Shown one piece after another: positions 48,009 through 60,704 of a stretch of DNA of 64,000 bases. Origin of the DNA: Octopus bimaculoides (lineage: Eukaryota); NCBI RefSeq assembly GCF_001194135.2, contig NC_068981.1, positions 13,643,543-13,707,542 of the forward strand, in the 5' to 3' direction. Every line of letters begins with the position of its first letter. Position 1 is the first letter of the stretch. The translations under genes were made by a program, and so were the position numbers. Under the pieces are notes generated by a model. The model was given only the letters and a program-made list of their open reading frames with translations, ran no database searches and was not told the DNA's origin.

Positions 48009-48568
48009 CACGAAGGTGAGTCAAAAAGTAATGCCATTTTGTTTAGGACAGGTATAATTACCAACACAGAAACATATGTCATACATCAAAATGAAACTGG
48101 TCCTCTATGGATCACATCTCTACTTCTCAACATAGTCACCGTTTCTCTCAATAGCAACGTTCCACCTTTAAATGAGAGCATGTATCACTGCCCCGTAAAG
48201 TTAGGTTGACTGTTCTTTGAGCCACTTCTTCACTACCTACATGCTCACCAGATTTAGAGCCTTCAAACTATCATCTCTTCGGCGCCACGAAAGACGGGTT
48301 GAGAAGCAAATATTATTCCAGTGAAGAGGAAGTGAAAACTGTAGTAAAGAAGTGGCTTAAAGAACAGTCAACAGAATTTTACGGGACAGGGATACATGAT
48401 CTCATTCGAAAGTGGAAGATTGCTATTGAGAGAAATGGTGACTATGTTGAGGAGTAGGGATGTGATCCACAGAGGACTAGCTTCATTTTGATGTATGAGA
48501 CATGTTCCTGGGCTGGTAATTATACCTGTCCTAAACAAAATGGCATTACTTTTTGACTCACCCTCGTA
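48009..48568. mobile_element. Foldback mariner derivative (two right ends in inverted orientation)
   Basis: Arms about 48010-48237 and 48341-48567 are reverse complements. 48245-48457 encodes SPDLEPSNYHLF..FYGTGIHDLIRKWKIAIERNGDYVEE*. TA at the right end. Confidence 0.9.
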
Positions 48569-48714
48569 ATATGTCATGTTACTGCAACACCAGCAAGCTG
48601 CGCGATGTCGATAACAAAACGATTGAGAACTTTACCATTTAATACATTTTATAGTGAGAATTTCTACTCTCCTACGAATAAATTTCTCCTCCTAAAATCT
48701 TTAAACCCCTAGAA

Positions 48715-48875
48715 GCAAGGTATTGGTTTTAAATTTTGGAACAAGGCCAGGGGATAAGTCGATTACATCGACCCCAGTTTTCAACTGGTACTCGGCGGAA
48801 TTTGAACTCAGAACGTGAAGGCGGACGAAACGCCGCTAGGCATTTTACCCGGCGTGCTAACGATTCTGCCAGCTC
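48715..48875 (-). mobile_element. SINE family B, tail type 3
   Basis: tattggttttaaattttggaacaaggccag..gattacatcgacccc..ggcggaatttgaactcagaacg. Confidence 0.8.
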
Positions 48876-50631
48876 ATCAACCCCTAAAATATACAAGCAA
48901 TATTGATTATATTTTTTGTGACAAGACGTCGGGTTAATGTTGGTCTGGGAAGGAAGAGGTAATATCAGCTCAATAAACCTGGTATTACTGATATTTATAT
49001 TTACTACCTTCAGTGATAAATGTCAATGTTAACCACAGCAGGATTTGAAATTAGAAATTAGAAAGTCGGAACTAAATCCGGAAATAGATTTACCTCCTAC
49101 TATCGAATGATTCTGAGAGCTCGCAGTTGTATAGACTCCGAATATATTAATTGGAATTCAGTGTTTGATTTAATAGAAAATAGTATTATTTTTGGTGATA
49201 ATAGTATTAAGATGATATATATATTTTTTAATGTCCTCTATTAGTTTTTTTTTTCCCTTTCTACTAGCTTGGTAGAAGAAAGATGCATTGTTAAAATAGA
49301 TGGCTAGGCAATCATTGATAAATAATGTATCTATACACAGTATTATGATGAATGAAGGTTATATAGAAAAAGAAATGGGAGAAGTTCGTTGAAAAGTATG
49401 GTTAAACTGAACGAAGATATTTAAATGGTTGAAGAGTAGGAAACGTGAGAGAACGAGATGAACAAGAAAAATGAGGGTGATTTAGAAACATATTTAGCTA
49501 AGAGGGAAGAAAAATGAGATGCGATAACAAGCGTGGAATCGAATGAACAAGAACCGAACGATAGTTAGTTTGAAACGGTAGAAAGAGAGTGTGATAGTGG
49601 GGAGAATGTAGAGAGAGAGAGGAGGGAGAGGGAGAGAGAGGGAGATAGAGAGAGAGAATTATAAGAGTGAAAACAGTCAGAAATAGAGTAAAGTTAAATG
49701 TAAAGCATGAAGAGGAGAAATAATGACTCGAAGAAATGATTTAACGATACGGAGATGTTAGAAGTGAGGAAGGAAATGGCACAAAATAAGTAAGAGATGA
49801 ATGTTCAGAGATTGAAAGATAATGAGAGAAAAATGAAGAGAAGGTAGAGAGAGGGAGAGAGAGAGGGAAAGAGATATGGTGAGAGAGACAGAGAATGGAA
49901 TATTGAAGAATAGTAGAATAGCTGAGGATAGTCATAGTAAACATTGTTATTATGTTCTGTTTTATTCTCTGAATTCAGACCTAATGGTTGCAGAATGATG
50001 TGAATAATATGAAAACCATTTCAACGGCATTACGGATATATAATGACAGCATTAAATGAAATAAAATGAAATAAAACGGAAAAGAAAAGATTGAAAAAAT
50101 GGCAAAGAAACAAAACAAATGAAACAAAATCTCGTTGAATGAAACGCAATACATTAATGATGCTACAATCCATACATCACATTTTGATATATGTCCAACT
50201 ACGCACCATGTATGTTTAGTAATATGCGGCATGGATAATATTGCACGATCAGAAGATTTGCGAATTATATGTTATGTTACAAGTTATTTAGCGCTGACAC
50301 ACTTGTGAGTGAAAATGGTTCAATGACAGCCCAGTAACAGCAAATGACTAAAATCTATATGAGTGTTTTAGTGTGTATGTAGAAATAAATAGAATATGTG
50401 GAATTCAAGTATGAAGAAATAATTGTAGTCGCAGATCTGTTCTAAATGAAAGTTCGGTGAAAATAAAGAGGTTGGCAATTATATGAGGTATCTCTTTGGC
50501 ACAATGTTTGATAATAGTGTAAAAGGCACAGTTGAAATAGGGCAGCTGTGGGATTGAAATAATCAGAGCGGTTGTCGTATATGGCGATACAGTTAAGAGG
50601 AAAAACCGAAGAGGAGAGTATGAGAACGGCT

Positions 50632-50880
50632 ATTCTTTTATTCTTTTATTCCTTTACTTGTTTCAGTCGTTTGACTGCGGCCATGCTGGAGCACCAACTT
50701 TTAGTCAAGCAAATCGACCCTCCAGGATTCATTCTTTGTAAGCCTAGTACTTATTCTATCGGTCTCTTTATGCCGAACCGCTAAGTTACGGGGACGTAAA
50801 CACACCAGCATCGGATGTCAAGCGATGTTGGGGGGGGGGGCAAACACAGACACACAAACAAACACAGACACACACACACA

Positions 50881-50925
<45 letters not shown>

Positions 50926-51340
50926 TCTTTCCGTTCTTTTCTCTTCATTTTTTCTCTCCTTGTTTCTTTCTGTGTTCCTTTCTGTGGAAGAGTGTAGGCT
51001 CGAAACGTTAAGGACTTTTTCNNNNNNNNNNNNNNNNNNNNNNNNNNNNNNNNNNNNNNNNNNNNNNNNNNNNNNNNNNNNNNNNNNNNNNNNNNNNNNN
51101 NNNNNNNNNNNNNNNNNNNNNNNNNNNNNNNNNNNNNNNNNNACACACACACACATATATATATATACATATATACGACGGGCGTCTTTCAGTTTCCGTC
51201 TACCAAATCCACTCACAAGGCTTTGGTCGGCCCGAGACTATAGTTGAAGACACTTGCCCAAGATGCCACGCAGTGGGATTGAACTCGGAACCATGTGTTT
51301 GTAAAGCAAGCTGCTTACCACACAGCCACTCCTGCGCCTA
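50632..51340 (-). mobile_element. SINE family A, full length, carrying a Penelope-like insert in its internal (TA)n
   Basis: Tail 50632-50840, microsatellite, insert 50925-51021, gap, head 51175-51340. Confidence 0.85.
50976..51014 (+). ncRNA. Degenerate hammerhead-like motif in a Penelope-like terminal fragment
   Basis: tccttt-CTGTGGA-A-GAG tgtagg CTC-GAAAC-GTT-aagga. Core position 6 is U instead of A. Confidence 0.4.
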
Positions 51341-52064
51341 TGGTTACGTACATTTCAAACGGGCTTTGGATGTCTAGGAATACAAATAATCTCAAGTAAG
51401 AAGGTTCGAACGGTAAGATGATATGAAATGGATAATCATTGCTTATCAATGCGAACATATGAGGAGATTACTGTATACTATTTGATTTATTGTGTCGAAA
51501 CAGATCACGTGTGTTCATGTAGTTGCCTGAGTAAATAGGCCAAGAAAATTAATGTTAAGGATTGCTAGTTATGGTGTTATCAGAAGACTATGGGAGTAAA
51601 AAGTAATAGAAAATTTGGCCTAGTTATAGAGATAATGAGCTGAAATAGTTGAGAAAATATCGAAATGCACGAAACCTGATAAGCTCAAATAGTAAAAGAA
51701 ACTGCAGTCGGACGTAGATGAATGAACACTTGAGCTAGTTTTAATGTAAGCTTCGGTTACTGACGACCACGTGAGTAACGGGAAAAGTGAAGCCGAAGGG
51801 AGTTAGATTTGGAATAAACAGTGTTAACTGGTGATATGTGTTTTAGGAAAGAAAACTTCATGGATCAAGAATGGAATCAAACGCATAAATATAGAAGAAG
51901 CAAAATAGAAGAGATTAGCGTCTTCATTTAAGTGCTTTGGCATTATTGTGAAAGAAATGAATTCTTCAGAAACAAAGAATCACGATTTGCTAGAAGTCAT
52001 TTCATCGACGCTTATAAGTAACACAGCTTGAAGTGCGTGACACATATTCGACATATTGTAGGCG

Positions 52065-52440
52065 AAGGGGTGGCTGTGTGTTAAGAAGTTTACTTCCCAA
52101 CTACAGGGTTCTAGGTTCAGTCCCACTGCGTAGCACCTGGAGTAAGTCTCTTTTACTGTATCTCCGAGCGTATCAGAATGGATTTGGCAGAGGGAAACTG
52201 ATAGAAACCCGTCATGTATATATAAATGTGTGTGTGTGTGTGTGTGTGTGTGTCTTGTCGATTGACAACCGATGTTTGTTTGTTTGCATCCTCCGTAACT
52301 TAGTGATTCCGGCAAAAGACCGACAGAATAAGTACCAAGCTTAAAAAATTAAAGTATACTGGGATCGATTTGTTCGACTAAAAATTCTTGAGGGCGGAGC
52401 CCCAGCATGACCGCAGTCTAATGACTGAAACAAGTAAAGG
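52065..52440 (+). mobile_element. SINE family A, full length
   Basis: gtggctgtgtgttaag..ggttcagtcccactgcg..(TG)n..gactgaaacaagtaaa. Confidence 0.85.
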
Positions 52441-52685
52441 AAAAAAATACATTTGCTTACTTCCGTCGGATGAGTTGAACTCATCCACTCTCGGACACAT
52501 TATGCTAAACTCCACAAAATCTGAATGAAGTCCAGCGCATTGTCAATAAGCAAAAAAAAAAAAAACCCAAAAACAGAAAGCGTATATTATATCCTTATTT
52601 TGATAACAAGATCTCCCTTTTGTTACATCTCTATGTCCATAGCGGGTTTTCAACTTTAAAATGCCAGCTAATATCATGCTCATTA

Positions 52686-52860
52686 ATAAATATTCCTTTC
52701 TACTATGGGCAAAAGGTCTGAGATTTGGTGGAGAAAAGAGGACGTTGAAGTCAATTACACCAACCCCAGTGTTTCAACGACTCCCCGAAAGGATGAAAGG
52801 CCAAGTCGACCGCAGCGGAATTTGAACTCAGAACGTAAAGACAGACGAAATGCCGCTATG
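52686..52860 (-). mobile_element. SINE family B, tail type 2
   Basis: attcctttctactatgggcaaaaggtctgagattt..ccccgaaaggatgaaaggccaagtcgac. Confidence 0.75.
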
Positions 52861-52919
52861 TATTGAGTTATCGCATAAATAGTGTGGGTATACTTCTTTT
52901 ATACTTTTTTTATTTTTCA

Positions 52920-53200
52920 AAATTATGGTAAACACATTTCTTTTTTAATCTAGAACATACTCTCCTTCATTTTCTACAATGCATTACTGTCTCTCTGGTA
53001 GACTTGCAAGACTCCTCTTCCAAAATTTAATTGTCCGTGACGAAAAATACTCCTCCAGTACTGTCCGATCCCCATATATTGCATTACTATTCCTCGCACT
53101 ATCCGTTGCGCTGTTGCCTTCTTTTGAACTTATAAAGCAAAATATGCCGAAAATGTTCTTTTGTAACATCCATTTTAGCTTTGAAATTTAACTGTTAAAA
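52920..53200 (-). mobile_element. Internally deleted mariner remnant
   Basis: KEGNSATDSARNSNAIYGD (N-terminal HTH-like) is fused to YFSSRTIKFWKRSLASLPER..IVENEGEYV (C-terminal). Confidence 0.65.
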
Positions 53201-53649
53201 TCGAATTGCACTCTTCAAAACTTGCACTAAGAATAAGTACAAGGAAAAATTACTACCTGTTAATTCCATTCCCCTCCAAATTTTAATTCATGCAATTTCA
53301 AAAACCGCATTATTTATGGGATGGCCGAATTTTTTGTCTCGCGTGCTAACGATTTAGCTAATTTCACTGCCTCATAATTATTGCAAAATATTACAGATAT
53401 TTACAGTGCTGATCCATATTCAGCGTATATAATCTGTAAATGGTGCGAGAAATGTTCGCCTGTTGATAAAATGTATCTTCGTTTCGGACAATTTCTGGGA
53501 TGAAGAAAATATGTTTCCATTCTTCGTGACAGAATATTCAATGATGTTGATACAAAGGACTTTCTTTGGAATTGAAATCGAGGAAATTTTCAATGAGAAT
53601 TTAAATCCAAAAGGATGCAAATATTTTTCAACAGAAAGGGTTCACCTTA

Positions 53650-53873
53650 ACTTTTTGTTTCAGTCATTAGATTGTGATCATGCTGGGGCATCGCCGTGAA
53701 GATGTTTTAGTTGAATGAATCGACACAGTACTTATTTTCCAGAGCCTGGTCTTCAATATATTGGTCAATATATTTGCCGAACCGCTAATTTACGGGTAAT
53801 TAAACACGCCAACAACGGTTGTCAGGCGGTGGTGGACAAACACAGACACACACGCACGAACACAGACACACAC

Positions 53874-53906
<33 letters not shown>

Positions 53907-53960
53907 CTCACGCAGACATACACTCACATACACATACACACACGCACATACATACATATG
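53650..53960 (-). mobile_element. SINE family A, 3' half with (CA)n
   Basis: tcagtcattagattgtgatcatgctgggg..gccgaaccgctaa..ggttgtcaggcggtgg. Confidence 0.7.
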
Positions 53961-54696
53961 TGTGTGTGTCTGTGCTCATACAACTGTGTTATAGTCACGA
54001 AAAGGAGAGCGTTATCTGTCAAAGCCAAAGAGCCGCGGAATAAATTGTTATAAATTTTGCTGTAGTTAGTTTTTTTGGTTTGAAATGCCACAAGGAACGC
54101 CGCTGCTGTTCGGGGACAGGAAATAAATGTATCACTTAGAAGGACCGATTTATTTCCCAATCAATATCAAATCGAGCATCCTTCTAATAAAATGAATTAA
54201 TTTATTAATTTCTTGTATAGAATTAAATGGGTTGAAACGAACTAATTAACTTTCTGGATTTAGTTTCGTCTCTCTACATAACAAGAACAATTCTCTGGAG
54301 GACATCTTAGTTATTCTCCGTTAATGTTTATCCAATCGTGTGTCTCCTCCGTCTAATAGAGGGGCTTATTATTGGCAGAGAGAAATCCTATTATTAGTGA
54401 ACGGATAAAGAAAATTTATTGGCGAACACAATCCCCAACACAATTTCAATTGGCAGGTTTATCAATTTCACTTCAAGTACTCAATGATCTTCAGAATAGC
54501 GCAATGAAAGGATACCTTGTATCTCCAAAAAAGAATAATTATTACTACTGAAGGCCAGCAGATTTGGTTGCAGGGGGATGACAGGTACTTATTTCATCGA
54601 CCGCGGCATTTGAATTCAGAACGTAAAGACGGACGAAGTACTGCTAAGCATTTTGTCCGGCGCACTAAAGAGTGAATTGAAAACATGACGTTTCTC

Positions 54697-54928
54697 ATTT
54701 CTTTATTACCCACAAAGGGTTAAACATAGAGGGGACAAACAAGGACAGACAAAGGGATTGAGTCGATTACATCGACCCCAGTGCGTAACTGGTGCTCAAT
54801 TTATCGATCCCGAAAGGATGAAAGGCAAAGTCGACCTCGGCGGAATTTGAACTCAGAACGTAGCGGCAGACGAAATACTGCTAAGCATTTCGCCCGGCGC
54901 GCTAACGTTTCAGCCAGCTCGCCGCCTT
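54697..54928 (-). mobile_element. SINE family B, full length, with 13-bp target-site duplication
   Basis: Flanks acatgacgtttct at 54683-54695 and 54941-54953. A second partial copy lies at 54555-54670. Confidence 0.9.
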
Positions 54929-54984
54929 TGAAAACTGAACACATGACGTTTCTGCTAAAAACCTTTTTTTAACGGTTTTAAAGG

Positions 54985-55039
54985 TGCCTACATACATACA
55001 TACATACACACATACATACATACACACATACATACATAC

Positions 55040-55074
<35 letters not shown>

Positions 55075-55472
55075 AACACACATACATACATACATACATA
55101 CATACATACAATAACCTCTACGTTCTTCAACCACAGCAACACATAAAACACCACCACTATCTTCTTAATCTTCTTGATTACAATCACCATCATCATCATC
55201 TTGATCGTGATGATAATGTTCGTGATGATCATTATCCCCATCATCGTCATCATCGTCATCATCATGATCATCATCATCATCATCGTCGTCATCATCATCA
55301 TCTTCATCGTCGACATCATCATTCTCGCCATTGTTATTACCAGCACATGGTATACCCTGCCCGCCACATCTATCACCTATCACCCCGTCATTATCTTTCA
55401 GCCATTTTCTATATATAATGTAGTCCCTGACGTAGCTTTGGACGAAACATGTATTCATAGACACACACGCAC

Positions 55473-55507
<35 letters not shown>

Positions 55508-55550
55508 CACACACTCATTCTGTTTCTCTCTCTCTTCCTTTCTCCCTCTC
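54985..55550. repeat. (CATA)n, (CAT)n and (CA)n microsatellites
   Basis: Direct inspection. Confidence 0.9.
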
Positions 55551-55734
55551 TTCCTCACACATTAATCACCAGTGCTTGCTCCAGTGTGTTATTTTGATTA
55601 GTCACACATGAAAGAACAGTGTGAAAGTTGTCTCTACGCAGATGATTGAAGTGCTAAGAATAGCAGCCGAGTGAACATAAAATCGAAAATATAGCGTCTT
55701 TGCAAAAAGTGATTACATTTCATAATTTTTTATT

Positions 55735-56530
55735 GCTTGTCTTTTACTTGTTTCAGCCATTAGACTGCGGCCATGCTGGGACACCGCCTCGAAGAATTTT
55801 GAGGTGAATGAATCGACCTTAGTACCTATTAATTTTTCTGAGCTTATGCATTGGCACTCCGTCGCTTACGACTTCGAGGGTTCCAGTTGATCCGATCAAC
55901 GGAACAGCCTGCTCGTGAAATTAACGTGCAAGTGGTTGAGCACTCCACAGACACGTGTACTCTTAACGTAGTTCTCAGGGATATTCAGCGTGACACAGTG
56001 CGACAAGGCTGACTCTTTGAATTACAGGCACAGCAGAAACAGGAAGTAAGAGTGAGAGAAAGTTGTGGTGAAAGAGTACAGCAGGGTTCGCCACCATCCC
56101 TTGCCAGAGCCTCGTGGAGCTTTAGGTGTTTTCGCTCAATAAACACTCACAACGGCCGGTCTAGGAATCGAAACCGCGATCCTATGACCGTCAGTCCGAT
56201 GCCTAACCACTGGGCCATTGCGCCTCCACTTCTAAGCTTAACACATATTCCATCGACCCCATGGGCCGAGCCACTTGATTAAGTGAACATAAACACACCA
56301 ACACCGATTGTCAAGCAGCGGTAGGAAATATAGAGAGACACAAAGGCATACACACATACAAGTACGTATACGGCGGGCTTCTTTTCAATTTCCGTCTACC
56401 AAATCCACTCTCAGGGCTTTGGTCGCCCGATGTTCTACTAGAAGCCTCTCACCTAAGGTGTCATATAGCGCCACTGATCCCAGGACCGTGTGTTTAGGAA
56501 CAAGCGTCTTATCACAACGCTACACCTGTG
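55735..56530 (-). mobile_element. SINE family A interrupted by a family D copy
   Basis: Tail 55735-55846 resumes after 56240 (aaacacaccaacaccgattgtcaagc..ttccgtctaccaaatccactc). Confidence 0.75.
55847..56229 (-). mobile_element. SINE family D, full length, with 11-bp target-site duplication
   Basis: Reverse complement of 11811-12194. Flanks ttctgagctta (55836-55846) and ttctaagctta (56230-56240). Confidence 0.9.
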
Positions 56531-56665
56531 CTTATGGGTCTAGATAAAATATGATCGACCCAGAGAGGATGTCAGTGAAAATGTTTACCAATCAAGAACG
56601 ATAGATTTGCAGATTCGTTAAGGGCAAGAGAATGGATTTCTTGTAGTATTTATTTCTTCACTTAG

Positions 56666-56785
56666 CGATCTCAGTTCAAATTACTCCATGTCCCACGTAG
56701 GAGGGAGAATTAATCTGTCACCCTGTTTAACTCCACCACCTGCTAATTTGGATGCATTTAGAAGAGTCTACTATGCAGCAGTTGG
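56666..56785 (+). CDS. Candidate internal exon (120 nt, phase 2-2)
   Basis: Acceptor tatttatttcttcacttag and donor GG|GTAAGC. Reads xDLSSNYSMSHVGGRINLSPCLTPPPANLDAFRRVYYAAVG. An in-frame alternative acceptor lies at 56700. The antisense frames are closed. Confidence 0.65.
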
Positions 56786-56869
56786 GTAAGCACATGGTAT
56801 TTTTGGAGTTACAATCGCAAGATCATGGTTGTCATTCAGGGACCGGGTTACGCGTTGATTTAGTGGAGT

Positions 56870-57335
56870 CAACCCTTTTGCTGTTGTGTAAGGGTGTGGT
56901 CTTTTTGAACTCATGATCATAAGGTCGTGGTTTCGATCCACAGACCGGGCGATGCACTGTGTTCCTGCCCAAAACACTTCATTTCACATAGGTCCAGGCC
57001 AATTAGCTGTAAATTGGTAAGTCTCTATTCAGGAGGGGACGTCATGATTTCAGTCATATATCTCGTGATATATGACTGTGATGAACCAGTCGATTGGATG
57101 TTGTTACACATCGCTGGCCACAATGCCTTTCGCATTGTTTTAGCTTCGGAATGATGCCACTCCGCTGGCTAAGCGAGCAGGCCAACATTTACCCGTGCCC
57201 CGATTGGAAGGTTAGTCCGTCGCAGGGTCACCTACCCGTTTAAAGTTGAGTGGACTAGAGCCATGTGAAATGAAGTGTTTACAACGCGCCACTCGGTTTG
57301 GAATCGAACCCACGAACTAGCAACTAAGCCACACG
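56870..57335. mobile_element. Decayed SINE fragments in both orientations
   Basis: Plus-strand head (gtcgtggtttcgatcc..ccgggcgatg) and minus-strand head (gagtggactagagccatgtgaaatgaagtg..ggaatcgaaccc). Confidence 0.6.
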
Positions 57336-57586
57336 TTCAGGACGGATATTGTGATCTTAGTCATATATACGCCATGGAAATCGGGTATCCGGGGCTATGT
57401 TTCCTACGATTCGCGACAATAACGTGCAGGGGCTTTACTTTTAGTCTGTTGCAATTATTCAGGGAGATCTCTGGTTCAAGGACTCTTCTCTTCTTCTCCC
57501 AGGATCTGAGTCACTGTTAAGAGTCAAGGTATTGCTTACTCTCCTGACGCTAAGAAAAATAAATTCAATTATTTCTGGTTTTTCAG

Positions 57587-57665
57587 CTCATGTTATACAT
57601 GTGAGACTCAGCAGAACAATATGTATTCAGTATGCAAAACTTTCCCACTGGATGTTTTCCCTTAG
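57587..57665 (+). CDS. Candidate terminal coding exon (phase 2 start, TAG 57663-57665)
   Basis: Acceptor atttctggtttttcag, phase-compatible with the 56785 donor. Gives GSCYTCETQQNNMYSVCKTFPLDVFP*. Confidence 0.55.
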
Positions 57666-57708
57666 CCATTTCTTGATATTCGTATTCTGCGTAGTTATGT
57701 TCCTTATG

Positions 57709-57837
57709 GTAAAGATTATTTGTCAACATAATATGGTAGTCACTGTTGGGACGAATGTTTGTTGTTTAACTCCAGGAAACAATAGTAACATTCATCCCAA
57801 CCTGGACTGCCACATTATGTTGGCAAATAATCTTTAC
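57709..57837 (+). other. 129-nt imperfect hairpin
   Basis: Arms 57709-57759 and 57787-57837 pair at 44/51 (46/51 with G-U on the plus strand). An inner tgttgttt/aaacaata stem closes a 9-nt loop. Confidence 0.85.
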
Positions 57838-58544
57838 GCTAAAGTACTGTTACTGAATATCTCTCGCTGAAAGATTTAGGAACAATAATGTTTCTATTTG
57901 CATTCCTTATATTTTCTATATACAGCGATGGCTTTTGAGTTTAGCTAACTAAATAGCATATGGATCTCTGAAGAGATGTAAGGCGATTGAAACTTGCTCG
58001 TTAGCTACGCTAGTCAATTTGAACGACAAGGACTGCTTCAATCTGCATCGATTTTATTCTCAAAATATTTCAATTTATTGATAATATCGGTATTATTTTG
58101 ATATTGGTTTTATTTTCCTTGGTTGTTGATATTTTAAAATATCAAACACCTCCAGAAGAAATTTTTAATTTGCTAATTGCATGGATAGCCTCAGTTATTC
58201 AGAGCTTTACAATTCATTAGGTTATATATGTGAAATATAACAGTATGAGTCACAGCATGAATATATTTGATTTATACGAGATCGAACATCAAAAACTGTA
58301 GGAAATTGTCTCCTTCAAAATCTGATATATGAACCAAAATTGAATAGGGGTAGAAAATATCTAATAATAATAATACTTTTTGCATACGACATACACATAT
58401 AAAAATGCACATATATATGTGTATAAATGTATATAAAAAATAAACAGAGAAATGCTTACACTCAACAGCACACACGTTTTATCAACTATTACTTCCGTTG
58501 ACTTCGTCTCAAATGCTGTCTTTTAGGTTTACTCTATCACAGTC

Positions 58545-58731
58545 ACTGGATAGCCGCCATTTTAGGCAACGCCTTGAAACGTTCAGTTGAAGAGATCGAC
58601 TCCTGCATTTATTTTTGAAACTATGGTATTTATTCTATCGGTTTCTTTTACTGAATCACTAATTTGCGGGGTCGTATACAAACCAACGCCGATTGTCAAG
58701 GGAGGTTGAGGACAAACACACTCACACACAA

Positions 58732-58784
<53 letters not shown>

Positions 58785-58945
58785 CACACATGTATACGAT
58801 AGGTTTCTTTTAGTTTCCACTGATCACATCCACTGGCAAGGCTTTGGTCGGCTTGAAGCTAAATTAGAAGACACATGCCTAAGGTGCCACACAATGGGAT
58901 TGAACGCTAGGATACATGGTTGGGAAGAAAGCTTCTTATCTACAG
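58545..58945 (-). mobile_element. SINE family A, decayed full length
   Basis: gccgccatt..attctatcggtttctttt..(CA)n..aaggctttggtcggc..aaggtgccacac. Confidence 0.75.
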
Positions 58946-60063
58946 TATTTCCTTATCTCGTTGTTCATGTGATAGCAGAGAACAGATGAATAAAAAGAAA
59001 ATTACGAGAATTAATAAATACATCACGATGATTTTTATGATTTTGCTTTTAAAACTTGAGACTTTTGAATCAGTACTTCTGTTTTTCTCCTTGTCTAGTT
59101 TTGTTTCTCGTTTTTCGTGTAAAGTGTTATCTTCTAACTTCTTGGCACAAAGTGTTATCCACTCTAAAGTAACTTCTTTGCATCTCGTTCGCTGATCTTA
59201 AACTTATTCAGTGACAGTTCATTTTAGAATTGTAAACATGTACTTCTCGTTCTTTCTTCTTAGTATTTAACATATAGTTGGATTTTGTATTTGGTTTGCA
59301 AGATTCTTGATGGGAATTCATGTGTTGAAACAGATTTGTTGTGTCTTGAGAGGCTCATTACTCCAGTGACGAAAGGACTTTGGCTGACAAACAACCGATT
59401 GATTGTTTAATCAACACAATAAACAAACGATCGATTAATTAATTGTTTAGATATTTAACCGACTAAATACCACGAAAGAAGTGATATTGAACCAGTTTGC
59501 GTGTGTTATTTTTATTGGCGTAGTTTTCCTTCCAAGACACAATAAGATGTATCGTCTTTATTTCCACTAAATTTGAATGAACTTCTACAGATTTTATCTG
59601 AGTAAAATTCAAGTATCGCAATCACATAGTACATGTAAAATCACCAGCGTAAAATCCTCAACGCGATCCTTCGAATTGTTATAAACAGTGACAGCACCCT
59701 TATGTTCCTGATGACATAATAATAAAAAAAGAAAAATGAAACAAAAGAACGAAAAAATTAACCAGATATATTGAATAATATGATCCAAAATAGTCTATCT
59801 ACAGAAAGAGTACTAGACGGCCACTGCTGTAATGTTTCGATCATAAATCGGTTTGATCAGGATGACCTAGGCTATAAAAAACTACACATCGACATGCATT
59901 GATTTCTGAGTTCATCACCCACAGCTGTCTGCCAGACTCGATAAAATAATACTCGTCAGTTTAACAATAATATACAAGCTAAGTACTGCGGTACTATACC
60001 ATAGAACTCAAATGCTTAGCTGTGTGCATCTATTGATAACTATAAATATGAGGCAGTCATCGT

Positions 60064-60295
60064 GAGGCGGTGATCTGGCGGAATCATTTGTGCACAAGGT
60101 TAAAAAATAAAATGCTTAGCAGTAATTCGCCCGTCTTTACGTACTGAGTTCAAATTCCGCTCATGTTAACTTTACCTTTTATCATTTTAGGGTCGATAAA
60201 ATGAGTAACAGCTGGTTACTGGAGTTAACGCAACTCTTACCTTATTTCCCAGAAATTGCTGTCCTGGTACCAAAATTTGAAACAGATATGACAAA
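60064..60295 (+). mobile_element. SINE family B, tail type 3
   Basis: aggcggtgatctggcggaatc..gagttcaaattccgc..gggtcgataaaatgagta..caaaatttgaaac. Confidence 0.8.
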
Positions 60296-60662
60296 ATCAT
60301 TGGTGTAGGAGTAACGCTAAACTTCAAGATTAAATGTTTCTCATCATATTTCTTTCAGTCTGAAATGATATGTGATGTATAGGGGGAGGTTTGTAAATAA
60401 TGCTTAATTAGGCAGAAAGGGAGGGTATATGACACTTTACACTCATTTGCGGCTGATGGGAGCGGGATGGAGATATTATCAAACCAGAGACGAGGCTGAA
60501 AGCTTGCGATAGAGTGAACTGTATTAAAAGCACTCCAATTTCCAGGTCGTGGCGCTGAATCATGAAATGAATTAACTCTGTAATCTTGGTAGGCTGTAGT
60601 GGATTTAAACTTAAAATCAATACGTATAAAATACACGTTTACATACAAAATACATATACGTA

Positions 60663-60699
<37 letters not shown>

Positions 60700-60704
<5 letters not shown>

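Larger units (their letters stand above)
49270..52020 (-). mobile_element. Possible highly decayed L2/CR1-like LINE, interrupted by SINEs
   Basis: Purine-rich plus strand with only faint APE/RT-like words on the minus strand. Weak support. Confidence 0.25.

Noticed and set aside
57640-57725. Minus-strand peptide IKKWLRENIQWESFAY* resembling a protein C-terminus
   Set aside because: Only 31 open codons and no usable acceptor. The plus-strand reading has much better splice signals.
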